A DNA stretch of 64,000 nucleotides from an uncultured Armatimonadetes bacterium (GTDB lineage: Bacteria; Armatimonadota; UBA5829; DTJY01). Within the stretch, counting starts at the first letter, position 1; each line of letters starts with the position of its first letter. The notes under the pieces are model-generated. The model made no database searches. It was not told the origin of the DNA and saw only the letters and a program-made list of their open reading frames with translations. The translations under genes were made by a program, and so were the position numbers. The DNA lies in assembly GCA_963717145.1 (NCBI GenBank), contig OY970325.1:3584001-3648000 (forward strand), given 5' to 3'. Below are positions 37,597 to 47,305 of this stretch, in pieces.

Positions 37597-37697
37597 GTCG
37601 CTCGACGGCTTGGGGACGATCGCTGGTGGCCATGGGATTTCTCGGATGCAACCCGATTCGTTGTGGAAAACGATCTACTTTGGGCTCTGCGAGCAAC
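37597..37697 (-). promoter_or_regulatory. Conserved structured 5'UTR, copy 2
   Basis: Same core as copy 1; promoter TTGACA-N17-TAGAAT at 37708-37736. Confidence 0.55.
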
Positions 37698-37759
37698 TGC
37701 TGCGACGATTCTATACCAGCGATTGCCCGCTGTCAACAAGTTTTTTGGGAGCGGCTACT

Positions 37760-37829
37760 GTAGGGGCGAAGCATTGGCCACGCATATCCGAGCAACCTTG
37801 CGTCCGTTGGGCGAATGCTTCGCCCCTAC
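37760..37829. repeat. GTAG-type REP-like inverted repeat
   Basis: GTAGGGGCGAAGCATT...AATGCTTCGCCCCTAC. Confidence 0.8.
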
Positions 37830-37912
37830 TCCGATGATGTTGGCGCCCAAAGGAAGGAACACGCCGTAACGGTATCAAATAAGATAGTAATGCGTTACTC
37901 GGAGGTGCCGGC

Positions 37913-39802
37913 GTGCGTTTACTTGTGATTCTGGCGGTATTGGCTGTCATAGCGTGCAGAGCCGATGCTGCGAAACTCGAGATCGTTGCTGACGGGAAGT
38001 CTGATTACTCGATCATCATCCCTTCGAATCCATCTCCCGCCGAGGAGTTGGCGGCGAGTGAGCTGTCGAAGTATCTGGAGCAGATGTCCGGGGCGAAGCT
38101 CCCCGTGTCGAAGCGATCGTCGAAGTTCCCCCCCAGGCATGCCATCGTTATCGGAAGTGTCGACTCCTTCCCCGAGGGACTGCCGCTGATCCGTGGCGGC
38201 AACAATGACAGCGACTGCTTCGGGATCGGCATCGGCGATGAGCGCCTGGATATCGTCGGCGTCCGGGACCGGGCCACTCTGAACGCGGTGTACGAATTCC
38301 TGCGGCTGCTCGGATGCCGTTGGCTCGCGCCGAAGTTCGATCACTACAAGGGCACAGCAGAGTTCGTCCCGTCGAAACCGACGATCGTGTATCAGGCCGA
38401 CGAAGACTACCTCCATGATCCGCAGTTCAAGATTCGCAAGCTCTACGTCGAGGAGGGCCACTCCCACAACGCCGAGAACCTGGCTCAGCTCGTCGAGTGG
38501 ATGCCCAAGGCGCGGTACAATATGCTGGTAATCCCGATGAACTATCAGGGCGGAGACCGCGTGAAGTGGGACAACTGGCGCGAGAAGGTCGCGCCCGAGC
38601 TTCAGAAGCGCGACATCACGATCGAGGTCGGCGGTCACGGCTACCAGAACTTCCTGAACGCCGAGATGGAGGATGGAAAGCTCTTCGACAAGCATCCCGA
38701 GTGGTTCGGCATGGATGACAAGGGCGAGCGGGTGAAGTCCCACGGCCGGGTGATCTGCACCTCCAACCCCGAGCCTGTGGCATATCTGACGGCCAACTTC
38801 ATCGGGTATCTGAAGGAACGGCCCGAGATCCAGGTCTTCGCTCTCTGGCCGCCGGATGGAGGAACCTGGTGCGAATGTGACAAGTGCCTCCCGATGGGCA
38901 CTCCGGCGAACCGTCAGTCGATCCTCCTATCGCAGGTGAAGGCCGAGGTGTCCAAGGTCCGGCCGGATGTGCGGCTCGAGACGATCGCCTACCACAGGAC
39001 GATCGCGCCGCCGGAGTCGTTCCCGATGGACAAGGACACTCTGATCGACATCTGCCCGATCGCTCAGTGCTTCGAGTACCAGATCTACGACGACCGTTCC
39101 GACGTGAACGCGGGATACGTCAGCAATATCAGAGCCTGGCGAAAGGCATTCGAGGGCGACATCAGCATCTATTCCTACTACCGCAAGTACGCATGGAAGT
39201 CGCTGCCGGTCGTCTTCCCACAGTACATTCAGAAGGACCTTATCTTCTACGACGACGAGGGAGTTCACGGCATTTCCTCCTACGCTGAGCCGGGCGACTG
39301 GTTCACCTACGAGTTGAACCACTACTGCCTCTCGCGCCTGGCGGAGGACCCGAAGCAGAACGTCAATCGGCTCATCGGCGAGTTCTGCGAGGCCCGATAC
39401 GGCGAATCGAGCGGTGTGATCGCCGGAGTCCTGCTCGATCTCGGCAACATCACACGGCGGTACTGCAGCATCCCGGGGACATCGCTGAAATCCGCGGTTG
39501 AGATCGCCGAACAGCAGGGGAAGGCCGCGCAGCTCGCGGAGTCGGTCAAGGCCGAGATCGGTCGGACGAAGGACGCGGACGCATCATTCAACCTGAACCG
39601 CCTGCTCCTGATGATCGAGTACGCGCAGAGGGACCTGGAGATCCAGCACAATCGCGCATCGAAGGCTCCGGTCGAAGAGACGAAGAAGCTGATCGCCGAT
39701 CTGTCCGCCTTCCTCGAGAAGCACAAGGACGACGGCGTGTTCGTCTTCCACGCCCGGACCGAGATACCACGCCTCGGAGCCGGCTACGGAATCAAAGAAT
39801 AG
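37913..39802 (+). CDS. Secreted DUF4838-like (glycoside hydrolase-like) protein
   Basis: AA.EL..YL..MSGA.LP, LNAVY.FL..LGCRW, F..HPEWF, ICTSNP, PPDGG.WCEC..C. Confidence 0.75.
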   Translation: MRLLVILAVLAVIACRADAAKLEIVADGKSDYSIIIPSNPSPAEELAASELSKYLEQMSGAKLPVSKRSSKFPPRHAIVIGSVDSFPEGLPLIRGGNNDSDCFGIGIGDERLDIVGVRDRATLNAVYEFLRLLGCRWLAPKFDHYKGTAEFVPSKPTIVYQADEDYLHDPQFKIRKLYVEEGHSHNAENLAQLVEWMPKARYNMLVIPMNYQGGDRVKWDNWREKVAPELQKRDITIEVGGHGYQNFLNAEMEDGKLFDKHPEWFGMDDKGERVKSHGRVICTSNPEPVAYLTANFIGYLKERPEIQVFALWPPDGGTWCECDKCLPMGTPANRQSILLSQVKAEVSKVRPDVRLETIAYHRTIAPPESFPMDKDTLIDICPIAQCFEYQIYDDRSDVNAGYVSNIRAWRKAFEGDISIYSYYRKYAWKSLPVVFPQYIQKDLIFYDDEGVHGISSYAEPGDWFTYELNHYCLSRLAEDPKQNVNRLIGEFCEARYGESSGVIAGVLLDLGNITRRYCSIPGTSLKSAVEIAEQQGKAAQLAESVKAEIGRTKDADASFNLNRLLLMIEYAQRDLEIQHNRASKAPVEETKKLIADLSAFLEKHKDDGVFVFHARTEIPRLGAGYGIKE

Positions 39803-39994
39803 AACGCAGAGGCACGGAAGCAGAGGGAAAGCACAAAGAAGCACTGATCAGGAAACCAGGAATAGAGGAAGCCAGGAATCGGAGAAGGGAACGGCAGAAA
39901 TCCCGAATTCCCCCTCCCTTCCTGCCTTCCTGGCTTCCTAATAGAAATTCCGTATCCTTCTGTGTTTCCTCCGTCTTCTGTGTTTCTGTGTTCC
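39802..39994. repeat. Nested inverted octamer-array elements
   Basis: Outer CAGAGGCA-like / CTGTGTTT arrays enclosing inner CAGGAA.. / ..TTCCTG arrays. Confidence 0.7.
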
Positions 39995-40008
39995 AATGGA
40001 GGTTTCGC

Positions 40009-41142
40009 ATGGAAAGGCGTGAGTTCATGAAAACCGCAGGCCTGGGAGCGTTGGGAGTCATGCTGGCGGGGAACGGCGTACTGGCCGCCGATGAGAAGAA
40101 GATCCGGTGGGGGCTCGTAGGGACCGGCAAGCGGTGCGTTCAGCACATCAAGGTCATCCAGAAGATGCCCCAGTCCCGGATCGTCGCTCTGTGCGACATC
40201 CAGCAGGCCCGGCTCGACTCCGCCGCCGCCATGTGCAAGGCCGATCCGCCCACCGGCTACTCCGACTACAAGGAACTCCTGAAGCGCGACGACCTCGATG
40301 TCATCCTCGTCGCGACCCCGAACTACGTCCACCATGAGGTCGTGATCGCCGCCCTCAATAGCGGACGGCCCGTCCTCACCGAGAAGCCGATGGGCATCAC
40401 GGTCGCCGAGTGCAACGACATGATCGCGACGGCGAAGAAGTCCGGCAAGACGCTGCAGGTCGGCCTCCAGCTCAGGTACGCGCCCTTCTACCAGAAGGTC
40501 CACTCGCTCCTGCGCGACGGCACGATCGGCAAGCTGAAGTTCGTCTGGTTCAGCGAGTTCCGAGGCGACTGGGCGAAGCAGAGCACCGATCCGGAGATCG
40601 ACAACAAGATCAACTGGCGGTTCTATAACAAGCTCAGCGGCGGGACGCTCCTGGAGAAGAGCTGCCACTACTTCGACCTGTTCAACTGGTTCGTCGGCAC
40701 GAAGGCGCTCCGGGTGACCGGCATGGGCGGCATCAACTACTACTCGAACGGCCGGGAGACGCTCGATCACGCGAGCATCGTCATCGAGTACGAGGGCGAC
40801 TGTAAGGCGACCCACGGCCTCTCGATGTACAGCCCGCACGGCCAGGGATTCAGGCTGATCGGCGAGACCGGCGCGCTCGACCTCGACTGGGAGACCGGAG
40901 CGATCAACCTGCTGCGGCTGGGCAAGCAGCCGGAAGTCGTGAAGGCGGATGTCGCAAATCAGGACACCGGCGGGCACATCGGCACCTTCGAGATGCACCA
41001 GTCGTTCCTGGAGTGCCTCCGGACCGGCAAGCCGCCGCTCACCGACCCCGAGGTCGGCAAGGAGTCGATCCGAGTGGGCCTCGCGGCTGAACTTGCGGTC
41101 AAGGAGAAGCGCTGGGTCGAGATGAAGGAGATCGAGGCCTGA
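40009..41142 (+). CDS. Gfo/Idh/MocA oxidoreductase with Tat signal
   Basis: RREFMK, GLVGTG, ATPN..H, EKPM, GG.LLE..CH..D. Confidence 0.92.
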   Translation: MERREFMKTAGLGALGVMLAGNGVLAADEKKIRWGLVGTGKRCVQHIKVIQKMPQSRIVALCDIQQARLDSAAAMCKADPPTGYSDYKELLKRDDLDVILVATPNYVHHEVVIAALNSGRPVLTEKPMGITVAECNDMIATAKKSGKTLQVGLQLRYAPFYQKVHSLLRDGTIGKLKFVWFSEFRGDWAKQSTDPEIDNKINWRFYNKLSGGTLLEKSCHYFDLFNWFVGTKALRVTGMGGINYYSNGRETLDHASIVIEYEGDCKATHGLSMYSPHGQGFRLIGETGALDLDWETGAINLLRLGKQPEVVKADVANQDTGGHIGTFEMHQSFLECLRTGKPPLTDPEVGKESIRVGLAAELAVKEKRWVEMKEIEA

Positions 41143-41191
41143 CCTCCCCTTCCTACTCATACTCCTAATCGTAATCGTACTCGCGATCGAG

Positions 41192-42586
41192 TCACGCCTG
41201 CTCGGACGACCGCGTGATCCGCCAATAGAACTCCCACACCGCCACCGCCATCACCGCCGACACGAATACCTTGAACGCACTGTCGATCGCAACCCTGAGC
41301 CACTCCACAGGCATCGGGGGAAACACCCTTGGATAACCGCTCGCGGCCAGTCCCCACGACAGGTTACCCACCGTAAGCACTGCACCCATGAAGCTGAGCC
41401 CCAGCGCGACGAACGATATCACGTCTCCCGAGCGCGCGAACCACTGGCGTGAACTCTCCTTGATCTCCTGCCAGGCGCCGGTGTCCCTGACAATCACAGC
41501 GAACGGGGCGAACATGGCCAGAATCTTCACTATGTCCAGGAGGTCCTGGATGATCCTCCCGACTGTGTTGGGCCAGCCGGCCCGGAAGTTGCTCCTCGTC
41601 AGGACCACCATACCGGGGATTCCCTCCCCCAGGAAGAATAGAAGGTAGAGGGCCGCCAGCAGCAGATAGACTCCGGCGACCGGCACGAGATATCGCACCA
41701 CGTCCTGCTGGAACGACTCGATATTGACCGGCTCGCCGCGTTTCATCCTGAGCAGAGAACCCCCGAGCCCAGCAACGAACGCTCCGCTGAAGAGCGTCCG
41801 CAGCACTATCCCGAGGCCGCTCGCCACCATTGACGTCACGAGGTATGCGGTACTCGGCCCGAACTCCGCCCCTGCGCGGGGAATACTCATGATCAGCTCC
41901 GTCAAGGGAAACGCGATGAACACTATGGATACCAGAGTCACGGGGAAGAGAGCCTTCCGCATCAGTACATACTGCGGCTCGTCAGGCAGAGACCTGAGTC
42001 GCCGGCTTAGCCATATCACGAGCGCCAACAGTATGACGGGCAGGAGTAACGCCGCGATCCCGTGTTCGCCGAGCCCCGAGGAAGGCAGGAATCTGCCCAT
42101 CGCCATGTTGACCGCCGACGACAGTTGCTTCGGCAGGACGAGTAGCCATTCCTCAACACTCCCGGGAAATCCAGGACTCCAACCGCTTGTAGTGAAATCG
42201 GAAAACTGGCGGAACCTTATGTACTCGAGCCACGTATTGATGCAGCCGGCAAGTACCGTCAACGCCAGCATTGCGCCGAACAGCCACAGGATCCATTTCT
42301 GCCGGAAGACCGTCTTGAGCGCATCGAGGTAGAGACGTGCAACGTCGTCCATAGTTGGGCGCTGGCTCCGCCCTGCCTCGTAGTACAAGGAAATCGGCAT
42401 CCGGAAGAAGCCGACCAGGAACACGATGCCAAGCGGTATGATCACCTGAAGAGCGCCGTACCAGTTGAAACCACGGCTCGGGTCCACGAAAGTACGGTGG
42501 TGTGGCCAAACCAGCCATATCCCAACCACCGCAAAAACCATCATCCAGATATTCACCCATGCGAATCTCTTGCTGTCCTCTGTCAT
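41192..42586 (-). CDS. Multi-pass membrane hypothetical protein
   Basis: About 10 hydrophobic segments, GGAGG RBS, ECF-type promoter upstream. Confidence 0.75.
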   Translation of the reverse strand: MTEDSKRFAWVNIWMMVFAVVGIWLVWPHHRTFVDPSRGFNWYGALQVIIPLGIVFLVGFFRMPISLYYEAGRSQRPTMDDVARLYLDALKTVFRQKWILWLFGAMLALTVLAGCINTWLEYIRFRQFSDFTTSGWSPGFPGSVEEWLLVLPKQLSSAVNMAMGRFLPSSGLGEHGIAALLLPVILLALVIWLSRRLRSLPDEPQYVLMRKALFPVTLVSIVFIAFPLTELIMSIPRAGAEFGPSTAYLVTSMVASGLGIVLRTLFSGAFVAGLGGSLLRMKRGEPVNIESFQQDVVRYLVPVAGVYLLLAALYLLFFLGEGIPGMVVLTRSNFRAGWPNTVGRIIQDLLDIVKILAMFAPFAVIVRDTGAWQEIKESSRQWFARSGDVISFVALGLSFMGAVLTVGNLSWGLAASGYPRVFPPMPVEWLRVAIDSAFKVFVSAVMAVAVWEFYWRITRSSEQA

Positions 42587-42604
42587 ATCAGTTCACCCTC
42601 CGGT

Positions 42605-42632
42605 TCAGACACTCAAGCGGGCAATTGGTTGC
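42605..42632 (-). promoter_or_regulatory. ECF-type promoter GCAAC-N17-GTCT
   Basis: Same motif and spacing at 48644, 50058, 54842 and 56441. Confidence 0.65.
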
Positions 42633-42903
42633 ACGGCATCATCACTATAGCGGAAAGATCGAGTGGTGTAAACAGAAAAGAGGCGGCAGTGAAGCAAGTC
42701 CACTGCCGCCGAGAGCATGAGGAAGGCAAGGGGCAACGACGGTTGCCCGATCGCGCATAAAGCGCACTGCATGGCACTTGTACCCCTGGAGTGGAAGTGC
42801 TCAAACATCCTCCAAGGAAATAGTTCCCGACACTACTTGGGCTGATGCATTCAGGCGACGGATGCTAGCTTGGTCAAAGGGATTAGAGGGCAAGGGATAG
42901 GCG

Positions 42904-43488
42904 TCAGTGGCCGAGAAGTGGCTCGATCTCACGCTCAAGGCGCTTCTGCATATCGGGGTAGAAGCCCACGATGGTCTTAACCGCATTCCCCTCCGTGTCG
43001 AGGATGACCAACGTGGGGAGACCGGTGACCTCGTACTTCGCGGCGACGGATCCATCCGCGTCGAGCAGAATCTCCGCCTTGAAGCTGTTCTGTTTGGCGA
43101 ATTTCTCCACAACTGACTGGCTCTCCCGTTCGTTGATGCCGATTACCGTTACATCACGGGACGCGTATTGCTTCTCGATCGCGCCGAGTATGGGGATCAA
43201 CTTCTTGCACTCGGCGCACCAGGTCGCCCAGAAGTCGAGGATGACCACCTGTCCCCTGAAATCAGCGAGCGAGACTCCCGTCCCATCGAGGGATTCGAGT
43301 GTGAAACCATGGGTAGCGTCGGAGACCGGACCGGTCGCCTTCGGGCTCGGCAGTCCTCACGTCCCGCCGGGCGACTCGCAGTCCTGATCCGGGTATGGGG
43401 CACTCGTGATCTGAATCATGTACACGAACAGCGCCAGCATCAACATTACGACGAATATGCCGAGATACAGCCTGGTTGACTTGTTCAA
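42904..43488 (-). CDS. Membrane-anchored TlpA/ResA-like thiol-disulfide oxidoreductase with in-frame TGA (43357-43359), candidate selenoprotein
   Basis: GAGGTG RBS, TTG start, TM anchor, DCESPGGT*GLP, FTL..LDG..VSLADFRGQVVILDFWATWCAEC. Confidence 0.75.
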
Positions 43489-43555
43489 TTGAACCACCTC
43501 GTTCCGAGCGCGTAGCGTTCATTGCACAAGACGATATACCAGCAGGGGAGTTCCC

Positions 43556-43733
43556 AGAAACACGAATGACACGAATGTTCGAGAAAACAGGGAAACGTGC
43601 GGTATTCGCATCCCATTCGTGTTCGGTCACCGGAGCAGAATGACCTTTCGCCCTCTATCCCCAAGTGCTCGCCCGCCGCAACGCTGGGTGCCTTTCCCCC
43701 ATATTCGTCCATTCGTGTTATTCGTGTTTCCCC
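43556..43733. repeat. Inverted nonamer-array element (ACACGAATG)n...(ATTCGTGTT)n
   Basis: Units on both arms; right end supplies the GKHE* end of the ThuA gene. Confidence 0.75.
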
Positions 43734-44458
43734 AGCACTTCGAGAGGCTGACGGTTGCCGAACGTCGGAACCGGCGTGCTGCCCGGTGCGGCCCAGCGGA
43801 CGGCGTTCTCGATCACCTTCAGGACGTTCGCATCCTTGTAGGTCGGGTAGCTCTCGTGGCCCGGCCGGAAGTAGAAGACCTTGCCCCGGCCCCGATGCCA
43901 GCAGCAGCCGCTCCGGAAGACCTCGCCGCCCTGGAACCAGCTGATCAGGACCAGCTCGTCCGGCTGCGGGATGTCGAACCGCTCGCCGTACATCTCCTCC
44001 CGGGGCAGCTCGAAGTACGCGCCGAGGCCCTCCGCGATCGGATGACCCGGATCGATGACCCACAGGCGCTCCTTCTCGTCGGCCTCGCGCCAGTTCAGGT
44101 TGCACGTCGTGCCCATCAGCCGCTGGAATATCTTCGAGAAGTGGCCGGAGTGCAGGACGATCAGGCCCATGCCCTCCAGCACCCTCTGCTGGACCTTGCC
44201 CACGATCTCGTCGGCGACCTCACCATGCGCCATGTGCCCCCACCAGGTCATGACATCGGTCTCGGCGAGGACTTTGTCGGTGAGGCCGTGCTCCGGCTCG
44301 TCGAGCGTGGCGGTCCGGACCTTCATGTCCGGCTGCTTCTTGAGGTATGAAGCGATCGCCTCGTGCATCCCCGTGGGATAGATCGTGCTCGCGGGATGGT
44401 CGTCATGCTTCTCATGCCGAAACTCGTTCCAGACGGTGACTCGGATTGTCTTGCTCAT
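43718..44458 (-). CDS. thuA: ThuA domain protein
   Basis: [36 protein letters not shown]. Confidence 0.9.
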   Translation of the reverse strand: MSKTIRVTVWNEFRHEKHDDHPASTIYPTGMHEAIASYLKKQPDMKVRTATLDEPEHGLTDKVLAETDVMTWWGHMAHGEVADEIVGKVQQRVLEGMGLIVLHSGHFSKIFQRLMGTTCNLNWREADEKERLWVIDPGHPIAEGLGAYFELPREEMYGERFDIPQPDELVLISWFQGGEVFRSGCCWHRGRGKVFYFRPGHESYPTYKDANVLKVIENAVRWAAPGSTPVPTFGNRQPLEVLGKHE

Positions 44459-44498
44459 GGTTTGCCCTCTTTTCGCCGGTATTAGCCCGCATTATTCG

Positions 44499-44576
44499 TG
44501 TCATTCTGAGCTTGTCGAAGAATCTGGCGTTTGCAGTGCCTGGCCAGCCAGATTCTTCGACAAGCTCAGAATGACA
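44499..44576. repeat. TGTCATTCTGA-type REP-like inverted repeat
   Basis: TGTCATTCTGAGCTTGTCGAAGAATCT...AGATTCTTCGACAAGCTCAGAATGACA; related copies at 60975-61043 and a partial one at 21949-21977. Confidence 0.85.
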
Positions 44577-44659
44577 GCCTGCGCCGACTTGAGCAGGTCA
44601 CGAATAGTGCGGGATTAGGGAATCTGTTCTGCCAGGAGCAGGACATATCCTGCTGAGCA

Positions 44660-45967
44660 CTACCTGTCCCACATCAGCACGATATCGCCCTTGCTGTCGA
44701 GTTGCACGTGGTCTCCCAGAGAGCGTCCGCCGTCATCCTTCATGTCCGGCCCGACGCTGTAGAGCATGAACCCCTTCATCTGCCGCTTGTAGATGAAGTC
44801 CTTCTCGCTGAACGGATCCACCGGCAGCTTCCATCCGAGCTTCGACTTCAACTCCCCCATCGTCGCCGGGTATCCGCCATACCGCGCCTTGTACGCCTGG
44901 AGCCCAAGGAAGACCTGGGTCCGTGCCAGCTTCTCCTCGGTGGTGTAGCGCATCAGTCCGGTGCTGCTGCCCCCGCCCATCTTGGACATCACAGCATAAA
45001 ACGGTACGTCCGGCTCATCGAACAGGCCGCTCTTCTTCGCCTGCCGGAAACCCAGTTGCACGCCATCAACCTGTCGGGCGAAAAGACCGAGATACACGGC
45101 CAGGTCACCACGAAGGAAGGTATTGGAGTAGAGCGATACAAGACCACCGGCAACCGGCTTGGGCACCGAACCGGTACCACCCGACATGGCCGACTGCGCG
45201 AAGCGCTCCGGGCTGTTCAAGTGGATGACGTAGACTCGCTCTCCCAGCCACGCCCGCTTGAATCCCTGGGCGACATCGATATCCCCTGCAGACTCGAACA
45301 GCCGGCGCGCCTGCTCCTCGGTCATGTTGCCGTATAGGAGAGCATCCTCGATAGCCTTGATAGCTATAAACATTACTCCAATCCGCACCAACTGGTGGAT
45401 GATGAACGGTTGACTCTCCATCGACTTCGCCATCCTGAACATGGTGTCTATGTCATCAACGGCCTGCGCCATGTCCCCATTCCGAGCGCTTATCCTCGCA
45501 CGGATGTGCTCCACACGGGCGAGATTCTTTATCTCCGTCACATAGCGGGGGAACAGTAAGGTATGATCATTCGACCAGTCGATCGCGAACCCGCATCTGG
45601 GCATGGACGCCGCCTGGTCGGTCAGTGCGAGCACCGTGCCACACTGTACGAGCGCCCGCTCGGCCTCACGCCACTTAGCCGGACCGGCGGTGCGCATGTC
45701 GAGGGTGAAGAGCACTTTCCTCTGGGATTCGATGGAGGGATCGTCGAGCGCGTTGAATGCCTGCTCGTAGACCACTGCGGCGTTCTCTGCATCGGGGATC
45801 GGCGGCCCCACGAGGTCCTGGGGAGTCACCGGCTCACCCCTCGACCTGATCGCGGCGATCTCGGCCTGGTAGCGACCGCCGAATACCGCCCCCGCGACGA
45901 TTGCGGCCCCGAGTACGAGGACCACCAGCGCGAGTGCGATTATGCCAACCCATGCGAGCTTCTTCAT
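44660..45967 (-). CDS. Membrane-anchored protein with GspG-like C-terminus, paralog 4
   Basis: N-terminal TM, GEP.T, ENAA..Y, C-terminal G.YP..L..L....LP.DPF....YSVGPD..DDGG. Confidence 0.8.
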   Translation of the reverse strand: MKKLAWVGIIALALVVLVLGAAIVAGAVFGGRYQAEIAAIRSRGEPVTPQDLVGPPIPDAENAAVVYEQAFNALDDPSIESQRKVLFTLDMRTAGPAKWREAERALVQCGTVLALTDQAASMPRCGFAIDWSNDHTLLFPRYVTEIKNLARVEHIRARISARNGDMAQAVDDIDTMFRMAKSMESQPFIIHQLVRIGVMFIAIKAIEDALLYGNMTEEQARRLFESAGDIDVAQGFKRAWLGERVYVIHLNSPERFAQSAMSGGTGSVPKPVAGGLVSLYSNTFLRGDLAVYLGLFARQVDGVQLGFRQAKKSGLFDEPDVPFYAVMSKMGGGSSTGLMRYTTEEKLARTQVFLGLQAYKARYGGYPATMGELKSKLGWKLPVDPFSEKDFIYKRQMKGFMLYSVGPDMKDDGGRSLGDHVQLDSKGDIVLMWDR

Positions 45968-45978
45968 AGTTTCACCAA

Positions 45979-47279
45979 TCACTTGTCCCACATCAGAACT
46001 ATATCTCCCTTGCTGTCGAGTTCCACTGAGTTGCTCGAGAGCGCCCGACTGCCGCCGTCGTCCTTCATGTCCGGCCCGACGCTGTAGAGCATGAACCCCT
46101 TCGTCTGCTTCTTGTAGACGAAGTCCTTCTCGCTGAACGGATCCACCGGCAGCTTCCATCCGAGCTTCGACTTCAACTCCCGCATCGACGCCGGGTACCC
46201 GCCATACCGCGCCTTGTACGCCTGGACCGCGAGGAAGACCCGGGTCTGTGCAAGCCTTTCCTCGGCTCGGAAGCGCGTGAACGATACTCTTGCAAAAACA
46301 GGAGACAATATCTTCGAGATGATCGCATACATAGGGAAACTCGGAGCAGCGAGCAGGCCTTTCGCCTTGGCCCCACGGTAACTCAGCGGGATGCCGTCCA
46401 ATTGCGTGGCCATAAACCCCAGGTATTCCGCCCTGTCGCCCTTCAGAACCGTGTTCGCGTACAGGGTGTCGAAGGGCAGTGACGGAGAGATCCCCCGGGA
46501 GTCCCTCCCCCTGCTGTTCTCGGATCGACGCTCAGGAAATGGACTCTCTCGCCGAGCCACGATTGCCTGAACCCCTGCGCCAAATCGATGCTCCCCAGCG
46601 CGTCATAGAGTCGTCGTGCTTCGGGTTCCGAGAGGTCACCGTAGCGCGCCGTGTCCTTGAGCGATTCAGAGGCGATGTCAATCAGAGCCACTCGAACAAG
46701 CTGTGCGATCAATGAACTGCCCGACTCCATCTGATCGGCCATGCGAAACTGCATGGCAACGTCGTCTGCGGCGGCGGCCATGTCGCCCGATTGGGCATGA
46801 ACTATGGACCTTCCCCTGAGAAGGCGGCACATGCCCCTGATTGCCGAGAACTGCTTGAAATCCGTCTGACCTGTGGCCGGATCGGGGTAAATCTGGTGTC
46901 TTGGCTTTGATACGGCCTCTGCCGTGAGTTCGAGGAGCGGCCCCGCGTGTGCGACCGCCTTCGCCAGTTTCCCCTTTGTGGCGGCATCCATCGGCGCCCC
47001 GCGCAGGTGCACTACCTTGTCGACCGCCTCGTAGTCGCTCTTGTAGTTGCCCGTCGCTGTCCGGCGGCCTATCTCGTCATAGATGACGGCGGCGTTGTCC
47101 GAGGCAGGAATCGGGGGCCCGAGCAGCTCATTCCAGGTGAGCGGCTCTCCCTTCGCCTTGATGGCGGCGATCTCGGCATCATATCGGCTGCCGAAGATGG
47201 CCTTGGTGACGCCTGCGGCCCCGAGAACGAGAATGACCAACGCGAACACGACTATGCCGATCCATGCGAGTTTCTTCAC
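45979..47279 (-). CDS. GspG-like C-terminus paralog 3 (frameshift near 46490)
   Basis: Two ORFs (46443-47279 and 45979-46560) reconstruct a full paralog. Confidence 0.75.
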
Positions 47280-47305
47280 AGTTCACCGATCCCTTTCCAC
47301 ACCGA

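Noticed and set aside
42640-42900. Small ORF 42605-42808 and hairpins
   Set aside because: No recognisable protein signal, overlaps the ECF promoter, and the hairpins could be ordinary terminators
4689-43488. Genome-wide TGA reassignment to Trp or Gly
   Set aside because: Many well-conserved genes here end in TGA at the expected C-terminus
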